From: Trichoplax sp. H2
Lineage: Eukaryota
DNA length: 64,000 nucleotides
NCBI GenBank assembly: GCA_003344405.1
Contig: NOWV01000101.1
Coordinates: 186,001-250,000, forward strand
Reading direction: 5' to 3'
Shown here: one piece after another, positions 54,743 to 64,000 of the stretch
How the letters are laid out: each line of letters starts with the position of its first letter
How positions within the stretch are numbered: the stretch's first letter is position 1
Translations under genes and position numbers: made by a program
Notes under the pieces: generated by a model
What the model was told of the DNA's origin: nothing
What the model saw: the letters and a program-made list of their open reading frames with translations, nothing else
Databases searched by the model: none

Positions 54743-57700
54743 ATGGAAGAAGACTTAGCTCAACACTATCACGCTGCACTGCAAGAAGTAGAAGTACTCA
54801 AACAAGACTATCGCAACAGGATCGTCTCTCTAGGTAAAGCTTGTTGATGTTCATGACTTCATGGACTAGCAAATCTGACCGATTAGTGTAGATAATAATT
54901 CTAAACCCTGTAAATTTGCGAGCTTACTTTCCTCTAATGCGTGGAAAGATTCCAATCTTTAAACTGTCAGACCGTATTATTAACATTTATATAAATTTGC
55001 TTTGACTATGAAATGACGATAATTATTGGCCATTTGCAGAATGATCGAGACGGTTAAACTATTTCAATTAAAGTCATTGATCATACTGCAAATTTCCCTT
55101 AATTACTACTATAGTCGAACCGAGTGGATGCTAGTTAGGTTGAAATAGAGCCAGTGCCTCTTAGTTCACTTTGCAGCTGTCACAAAACAGCTTTGCAACA
55201 AGATAACGTAATCTACGATCAATAAGTCAATTCCTTGAACTACGTATCAAGGAACGATATCTGCACTATCACGAGCACTTTTGCTCTACTAGCAGACTAC
55301 ACAAAGACTTAAACGCCTCGTATTNNNNNNNNNNNNNNNNNNNNTTAACATTTATATAAATTTGCTTTGACTATGAAATGACGATAATTATTGGCCATTT
55401 GCAGAATGATCGAGACGGTTAAACTATTTCAATTAAAGTCATTGATCATACTGCAAATTTCCCTTAATTACTATTATAGTCGAACCGAGTGGATGCTAGT
55501 TAGGTTGAAATAGAGCCAGTGCCTCTTAGTTCAATATGCAGCTCATAGCGCTAAAGGTACGGGGCCTTTCGTAAGGGAATATCCCACAGGACAGAGGAAT
55601 TCTAGCTTAACTCTATTCTGTTTTCTCTACACTCCTTTATCGGTTCATAGCTGAATAGTTTAGGGTTATAAATTTCGACTATCTATCTCTTTTCTAGCAC
55701 GTTACTAGTAGCTTAGACAGTAGCGCTTTGAATGTTTGCAATATCATTGTTTGCAGCCCTGATTCCATGGAGGAACTGCAGAGCAGCTTAACTCTATTCT
55801 ATTTTCCTCGAACACCTTTATCGGTTCATAGCTGAATAGTTTAGCGGTGTAAATTTCGACTATCTATCTCTTTCTAGCACGTTACTAGTAGCTTAGTCAG
55901 TAGCGCTTCATAGAGGAACTACAGCTTAACTCTATTCTATTTTTCCTAAACTCCTTCATAGCTGAATACTTTAGCGGGTGCAAATTTCGCCTATCCATCT
56001 CTTTCTAGCACGTTACTAGTAGCTTAGTTAGTAGTACTGTACATTGAATGTTTGCAATATCATTGTTTGGAGGCTTGATTTCCATAGAGGAACTACAGCT
56101 TAACCTATATTCTATTTTTCCAAATTCCTTCATAACTAAATAGTCTAATGGTGCAAACTTCGCCTATCCATTTCTTTTCGAGAACTTTGCTAGAAAAGAA
56201 ATCAGTAGGACATTGAATCTTTACCATAAACATATTCCATACAGTACATACAGTACGTACAGTGTATTATCGGTAGCGGTACCGCACATTACACCAGCTC
56301 GTATAGTAAAATGTTCTACGGTCTAGTAGAGTGATCCACTGTAGTGGATTAAGCCATACTGTATGGTACAATGTCTACGATTTACAACGCATAGTATAGT
56401 GTACAGTACTGCTATGGTCTACTGTCCAACTTGCTGTAGCTTAGGCATTTTTTTTCTCAGTGGACAAGAACTAGACCGATATTGCTGAAATTGGTGAAAA
56501 ATGAAACCCCAATGACACTATATCAGAGTGTACTGACATTATAGAGACAAGAATCACATAGGAATGGTAATTTAAGAGCTAATAAACTGATAGGACAAAG
56601 AATAAGTTCATTTTATTCTGCAGTGAAGGTTTATTAAGTGATTACAGTTGTACCAAGAGTGTAACCTGCATTTTAATGAAATGTCCAGTAATGTCTTAGT
56701 AGGAAGCACCAATTTATACATAGTTTATTACTGTTGTAGAAGGCAGTGAAAGGATAATTTGAATGAAATGTCCAGTAATATCTTAGTAGGAAAGCAACTA
56801 TTTATACGTAGTTTATTGCTATTGTAGAAGGCAGTGAAAGGATAATTTGAATGAAATGTCCAGTAATGTCTTAGTAGGAAAGCAACTAATTGTACATAGT
56901 TTATTACTGTTGTAGAAGGCAGTGAAAGGATAATTTGAATGAAATATCCAGTAATATCTTAGTAGGAAAGCAACTATTTATACCTAGTTTATTGCTATTG
57001 TAGAAGGCAGGGAAAGGATAATTTGAATGAAATGTCCAGTAATGTCTTAGTAGGAAAGCAACTAATTGTACATAGTTTATTGCTATTGTAGAAGGCAGTG
57101 AAAGGATAATTTTATCTATCTCTTATAGCTGGTGGTGGATTTAATTATTCGTCCGTAATTTTAATGATAAAAAATTGTAAAAATTTTAGTAGGAAGATAC
57201 CAACTTATTCGACGTGTTTTATAGTAATTGCACAATACAGTGAACGAATAATTTGATCAATTTATTACAGTGGATACAAATGATTTTGTCAACAATTGTA
57301 AAAATCCTAGTAGGAAAGCATCAAGTTAGGTGTATTTCATTGTTATTGCAGAACACAGTGAAAAGATAACCCTTCATTAGTTTGTTACAGTCAATGGAAT
57401 TGTCAAAACTATAAAAATCTTAGTAGGAAAGCACCAAGTTAGACGTATTTCATCATGATTATTGCAGAATACAGTGAAAGGATAACTCCTCATCAATTTG
57501 TTATAGTCAATAGAAACCCATTTTCAGTAATTTGAATGAAAAAATGGCATAGGTTAGTAGAAAAGTACTAGCATTGAAGAATGAATGCTTTCATTAGTAT
57601 AGTAAAGCGCAATGAAAGAAGAAGTTCGTAAATTTGTTCTACGCATAGACAGCGAATAGGAATAATCGATTCATTGATTATAATAATAATTATTACAATG

Positions 57701-60700
57701 AAAAGTAAATATTATAATACTAGCATCACTAGGCTTGACTGACAAACCAATTTGCTCAATGCTTCGATAACGCAATTTCTTTAGGGTTTGCGCTGCCACT
57801 GCTATAAATTGATGTATGTACGTTGTGTAATGCTGTAAAGTATTGGACTCGTACGTGTCATCATGCACACCGACTACACATGGTTTGTTTCTCATTGTTA
57901 CTCAAGTCTAATGCATTAATTACTGTAATTATAGATGGCAGAAATGAATTACTACCTGATGATGTCTTACAAATGCAGCAAGAAATACAAAATATGCTCA
58001 ATGAGCGTGAATCATTGGAACAAGAGTTACTTAAAAGGTTGATGGATCAATTAGGTGGAAGCTTTCAAGAACAAGTTGAACAATTACAAGCTCAACATCA
58101 GCAAGAATTAATTTCTTTAGAGGAACAACTGAAAGCAGGCAACGCAGTTGAAACCGACGAAAATGGTATGACGTACAAGGATAAATACGAAGAATTACTT
58201 GGACAACAAAGTAACCTTGAGGATCAAATCACTCAACAGTTAATTGAAAAATTTCAAGAACAGTTGGCTGTACTACAACAGCAACATGATGAAGAAATTG
58301 CTGAATTAAATAATCAATTGCAAAATAATACCGCCAAGAATGCAAGCGATAGTCATACTATCGAATTACAAAATAAGATAAGTGATCTTGTAAAGCAATT
58401 GGATGATAAAGATGAAGTACATCAACAACAAGTTGAAAATATTAAACTTGAAATGACACAACAAATATTACAAGAAGTTAATTCACAATTTCAAAACAGT
58501 ATTGATCAACTACAGCAACAACATGAGCAAGAAATGACTGAATTAAAAATTCAACTACAGAATAGTAGTAATTCCGATAGTATACAAACTCAAGCTATCG
58601 AAATTCAACAATTACAAGATGAGATGAACGAATTAAAAAAAGCTCATAAATTAGAATTGGAAACTATACATCAAGAAACAATGGATAAAGTAATGGATGA
58701 ATTATCTGTTGGATTTCGTGAAAGTTTAGAACAGCAAAAAACTGAACACGAACAGGAAATGGCCAATACTTGCGCTACATTAGAAGCTCAAGTTAGACAA
58801 GAAAATAATGAACGTGTTGAAGAATTGCAAAATAAATTAACTGAAATGGATGAACAACATCGAGCAGCATTGGAGAATTTAGAACAAGCTGTAGCACAGC
58901 GTACTATGGAAGAAGTCCAACAACAGCTAGAACAATTACAGACTGCACATGAACAAGAATTGTCTGAATTAAGAATTCAACTTGAATCGCAAACCAAGCA
59001 ACAACAATCTGATCAAAGAGTAACTGAATTGGAAAATGCTTTAATTGAATTGCAAGAAAAACATCAAAATGAATTAAATGAAGTTGAGGCACAAGTTGTG
59101 GCACGATTAATGAATGAAATGGAAGTTGGTTTTCAACAACAATTGCAAAACATGCAAGCTGAGCATGAACAAACAATCGCTGAATTAAATAGCCGACTTG
59201 AGTCGACTACAGCTGACAACAATGAAAATGAAGCGTTAAAAGCAACTTTAGCCGATATGCAAGAACAACACCAATTAAAAATACAAAGTTTAGAGCAAGA
59301 ATTAAGCGAAAAATTAATGAAAGATATGTCAACTGAATTTCAAAATCAATTAGAACAGTTACAATCGCAATACGAGACAGAATTAGCTAACCTACGTAAT
59401 CAAAGAGATGGAGAACAACAATCAGCAACAGCAAATAATGAACAAGAAATTCGAGAAAAAATTATAGAAGAAATGTCTATTGGCCTACAACAACAAATGG
59501 AACAAATCCATACAAAACATGAAGAAGAAATGGTTAATCTTCAAAATCAAATGATTGAAGAACAACAAAATCAAGAGCAAGAGATTAAGGATAAATTAAT
59601 GAATGAATTAACAACTGGATTTCAACAACATCTTCAGGAAATAGAAGCTAAACATGAAGAAGAATTAAATAATGTAAAATTACAACATGAGAATAATAGT
59701 GCAGCGAATGATGATGTGGCCAATGCAAAAGTTACAATTTTAGAAAATCAAATACAAGAAATGACGGAACAACATCAAAGTGTTATGAAAAATTCAGAAC
59801 AGGAAATAACTCAACGTTTAATTGATGAAATGTCAGCTGGTTTTCAACAAAAATTTGATCAAATTCAAGAAGAATATGAGCAAAAAATTTTAATGTTAGA
59901 AAATCAATTGCAAAACTTTCAAGAAAGTAATCAACAATTACCGTCATCTAAGCAACAAGAATTAGAAGAGCAAATTAAAGTATTGGAAGAACAACATCAA
60001 TACACAGTTGACAATATGGAACAAGAATTAACTGAACGATTAAAGACTGAAATGTCTGCTGGATTTCTAGAACAGCTAGAAACACTTCAACAAGATTATG
60101 AGCTAAAAATTACAACATTGCAAGATCAAGTGAAAAATATTGATGAACTAACACTGACCAATGATACACTTACAACTAAAATCAACGAATTAGAAGTTCA
60201 AACTAATGATATGGAAAGTCAACATCAAGCGATATTGCAAAATCAAGAAGACGAAATACAACAACGTTTGATGAACGAGTTATCTATAGGATTTCAACAA
60301 AGATTTGAAGACTTGCAAAATGTTCATCAGCAAGAATTATTGCAATTAACTGAGCAAATGACAAATAATGAAAGTGCTAACGCAAGAGTAACAGAATTAG
60401 AAACTGCTTTATTAGAAATGAAAGAACAATATGATAATGCTTTACAACATCAAGCTGCAATGGATAATTCTCAAGTAATTATAGAAGAATTACATGCTAA
60501 AATTAATGAAAACAATGAATTGCATGAACATGCAATGCAAAACTTAGAAATTAAAATTGTTCAGCAGTTAATGGATGAAATGTCGTCTGGTTTTCAACAA
60601 CGATTGGATACGATTCAAACCAAATATAACGAGGAATTATTAAGTATCAAAAGTGATATGTTAGAAAATACTACAACAACTGAAGAAGTTGAAAAATATA

Positions 60701-63700
60701 AAAATGAAATTGAAGAGATGAAAGTAAAATTCCATGAAGAATCAATGATGAAAGAACAAGAAATTATACAACGTGTTATGGCAGAGATGACTGTTGGTTT
60801 CCAACAAGTACAACAAGAACATCAAGATTTGATGAAGAATCAATTAGATGAGAATATCAAAGTAAGCCAAGATAAAATTCAACAGTTGGAACAATTTATT
60901 GACGATTTGAAAGCTGAACATGAATTAACAATTGCTAATAACGAAGAAGAAGTAACATTGCGCCTCGGTAATGAAATGAAAAAAGAATATCAACTACAGA
61001 TAGAACAATTACAACAACAACATAACGATGAATTAGAAAAATTACAAATTCAATTAGATACTCAAAATACAATGCAGAATGCTGATGATGAATTAATTCA
61101 ATTGCAAGCTAAAATAGCCGAAATGGAAGAAATGCATAAGGTACAATTGGCAACTTTTGAGAATGAAATAACTCAACGACTCCTAAATGAAATGTCGGTT
61201 GGATTCCAACAACAATTGGATACGATACAATCACAACATCAAGAAGAATTATCCAACTTACAAACGCAATTACAAGATACAAATTCTAAGTTGATTGATC
61301 ATCATGAAAATACCGACAACGATCATGCAGAAGTAACTGTATTAAGAAATCAAATTAAAGATAATGGATTACTAATTAATCAGTTAAGATCAGATCATGA
61401 AGTGGAATTGAATAATTTAGAGAGTGAAATTTTACAACGTATATTCATTGAAATGGATGCAGGTTTCAAGCATCATATCGTCCAAACTCGAAACGAGCAT
61501 GCGCAAGAATTGCAAATCCTACAAGATCAATTATTGAATCAAAGGTCTAATGACGATAACGCGAATGATGCTAAAATTCAACAATTACAACATGAATTAG
61601 ATACGTTACATGAAAATCACGAACAAATTCAACAACAACATCGCGAAGAAATTGATAAGATAAAATTAGAGCAAGTCGATGAAAATGAGGTAGTTACGTC
61701 GTTAAAATCAAAGATGAAAGAAATGGAGGATCTACATCAGTTACAATTTGTGCAATTGGAACATGAAATGTTAAATAAGGTGATGAAGGAAATGTCACTA
61801 GGATTTCAACAACAATTAGAGCAGTTACAAATACAGCATGATAAAGAATTGATGGATGTTAAACAGGAATTGAATACGTTACTTGCAACTGATGCGAGTG
61901 CCAATAGTAGCGCTTTATATTCAGTCAATAAAGAGGGTGAACACATTAAACTGGAAATAACTCAGCAAATGATGGAGGAAATATTACCAAAATATATGGA
62001 GCGATTGCAAGCTATACAGCAACAACATCAACAAAACATTGATTCAATTCAAATTGAACCGTTAAATGACGACGAAGACAACAATAAAGTTGCTTTATTA
62101 CGACAACAGATCCAAGAATTACTACAGAATTACTCAGCGGAAGTACTAAAATTTGATGAGCTACTGATACAAGAAATTACATCGGATTTAACAGGTGATT
62201 TTCAAAGGCAACTACTAAAGATTGAAAAGGAATATCACCATGAAAAAGATAGCTTAGCGAAAAATGCATTGAATAATGGTGATGATAATTCATCAATCGT
62301 TATTGAATTAAAGCAACAATTAGATTTAATGGAGAAAGAACATTTAAGAAAAGAAGAAGAATGGTCTGCAACTTTTGATGAAAAACAATTAGAAAATGAT
62401 AATTTACAGAATCAAATAACAGATCTTCAACAGAAACTTCTTGTTCAACAAAGTGATAATAAGGACAAATATGAAATTAAACCTAACCAACTGGTGGAAT
62501 TACAAGGTAGGAATGATGAATTGAAGCAAAAGATAGATGAAAACGAACGTGAGAGTATACTACATCAGGAAAATTCTATGACAGAGATTAAGTTACTGCA
62601 AGAACAACTCAAACAAGAAAATGTATCGTATTTAGCCGCATTAAAAGACGCTGATGAGGCAAACTTAAAGTTGTCTCGTTTAGAAAATTCTTTAAAATTG
62701 GATGAAGTTAAAAATATTACCGATCCTGAAGAGTTTAAGAAGATAATTGCACAACTCGAAGAACGTCATGTAATTGAAAAAGAATCTTTAGAAAAAGAAT
62801 TGACTGATAGGTTGATGAATGAGATCTCGTCTGAATTTCAAGAACAGCTTGCTAATTTACAAGTGAATCATGAGGCTGAAATTACCGTTTTAACACAAAA
62901 ACTTGAAGATGCTGGAGTTAATATCACCAATGAGGAAGAGCTTAATAAAGAAATACAACTTCAGCGCCACATTACTGAGCTGGAGAATAAAATATATGAC
63001 ATGAGAAGTAATCCTAGTCAAATGGAAAATATCGAACATGTAGTTATAAATCGACTAATGCTAGAAATGTCGGCTGGCTTTCAAAAGCGATTTCTTGCAT
63101 TACAAAGTAAACATGCAAAAGAAGTAGATGAAATCAAGTTAAATTTTTCTGACAACAGCGAAAATAAATTAACTGAACAAAGTCAAGCACAAGATTCTAC
63201 GAAGAATTCATTGCATTTGGAACAAAATGATAACGAAGAAATTGCTAGACTGTTAGAAAATATCTCGAAACTACAGAATGAACGAGACACCGCTCAGGAA
63301 GAAACTGAACAACTTAAATTACAATTATCCAAAAGTAAGATCGCTACAACGGATATACCACAAAATTTTGAAGAACAAATTGATCGTCTTATTGTTGAAC
63401 ATGAAAAAGAAATGGCAGCCATGGAGAATGATTGGAAAAAACGTTTGGTTGAAGTTACAGAAAGTAAAAATATGTTGATAAAATCTCGCCAGGATCTAGA
63501 GGATTTTACACAAATGCAATTGCAAAATAAAGATCGCCAATATGAACTTGATATACGGCAAATAGAAGAACTTAACCGTCTCAAAATAGAAGAAATTAAG
63601 CAGGATTGTAATACTTTGATAAAACAAAACGAAGACTGGGAAGTTAAATACAACAATTTACAAACTGATATGGATATTAAGTGTAAAGCTTTAGCAAATG

Positions 63701-64000
63701 AAATTGCTAATTTAAAAACCCTTAGTATAAAAGATGAAGATGCTACTATTACGAAGCTAAAAATTGAATTACAACAAGTACGAATAGAATGTGATGAAAA
63801 GATAAAGAAATTGGAGTTAGAATTACAAGAAGAAAAAGATGGTGGTAAGGCTAGGTTAATGGAACGGGTTACGGAGATCACTGACGATTTTAACAAGCAA
63901 ATAGAAAATTTAAATTCCTCGTGGCAGGTCCGGTTAGAACAACAAGAATTGAAATACACAGAAATGAATGATAAGTACAAAGAAGCGATGGAAAAATTAT
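54743..64000 (+). CDS. Giant acidic coiled-coil repeat protein (>2050 aa, 3'-truncated), ~22 degenerate ~70-aa repeats
   Basis: Exon 54743-54833 (aaaATGG; MEEDLAQHYHAALQEVEVLKQDYRNRIVSL; donor G|gtaaag, phase 1) joins acceptor taattatag|AT at 57935. The frame was read without a stop from 57935 to the window end (>6 kb). It is missing from the ORF track because no stop falls in the window. Recurrent motif E(I/L)xxRLMxEMSxGFQQQLExLQxxHxxEL. Confidence 0.9.
54980..55533. other. Assembly gap (20 N, 55325-55344) with a 189-bp near-identical duplication either side
   Basis: 54980-55168 matches 55345-55533 with one mismatch seen (actactatag vs actattatag). The second copy begins exactly at the gap edge. 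Confidence 0.9.
55604..56220. repeat. Intronic tandem repeat, 139-180 bp unit, ~4 copies
   Basis: agcttaac(t)ctat at ~55604, 55784, 55923 and 56097. Shared blocks: ttcatagctgaata, aaatttcg.ctatc, tttctagcacgttactagtagcttag. Confidence 0.88.
56676..57620. repeat. Intronic tandem array: five near-identical ~88-bp units followed by ~4 diverged 113-134 bp relatives
   Basis: aatgaaat.tccagtaat.tcttagtaggaa at 56676, 56762, 56850, 56938 and 57026. Degenerate tagtaggaa...cagtgaa..gataa units at ~57187, 57308, 57421 and 57555. Confidence 0.92.

Noticed and set aside
55110..55175. tRNA or tRNA-derived SINE (GGTTCGA B-box-like motif on the minus strand)
   Set aside because: No A-box at proper spacing and no cloverleaf.
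54980..55533. Recent 189-bp direct repeat or LTR pair
   Set aside because: The second copy starts exactly at a 20-N gap, with no TG...CA ends or internal coding sequence. It is most likely an unmerged contig overlap or haplotype artefact.
63294..63980. 228-aa minus-strand ORF (also 58904-59176, 46672-46957, 47572-47760)
   Set aside because: Antisense shadows of codon-biased coiled-coil exons, with S/F/L/C/I-rich composition and no domain features.

Overview
AT-rich (roughly one-third GC) eukaryotic genomic DNA with many short GT-AG introns. Composition, intron sizes and gene content suggest a compact non-bilaterian animal genome such as a placozoan (Trichoplax-like); this is an inference, not proven. 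Five protein-coding genes were reconstructed by hand: (1) the 3' 12 exons of ABCF2 (+, 1-4308); (2) a GT31 beta-1,3-glycosyltransferase, B3GNT-like, with a single coding exon (-, 6615-7859); (3) a complete 20-exon IGF2BP/IMP gene with 2 RRM + 4 KH domains, about 612 aa (-, 14304-28233), mostly invisible in the ORF track; (4) a coiled-coil protein of about 1742 aa with a 5-kb exon (+, 42600-48139); (5) an acidic coiled-coil protein of over 2050 aa (+, 54743 to beyond 64000), absent from the ORF track and built from about 22 degenerate ~70-aa repeats with the signature LMxEMSxGFQQQL. Non-coding DNA holds several local tandem arrays (two with higher-order structure), a 20-N assembly gap, and clusters of TACAGTA/TACTGTA. 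Comparing copies within the arrays shows these motifs as +5-bp insertions at TA sites, the signature of Tc1/mariner excision footprints. No CRISPR, rRNA, tRNA or intact transposase was recognised.
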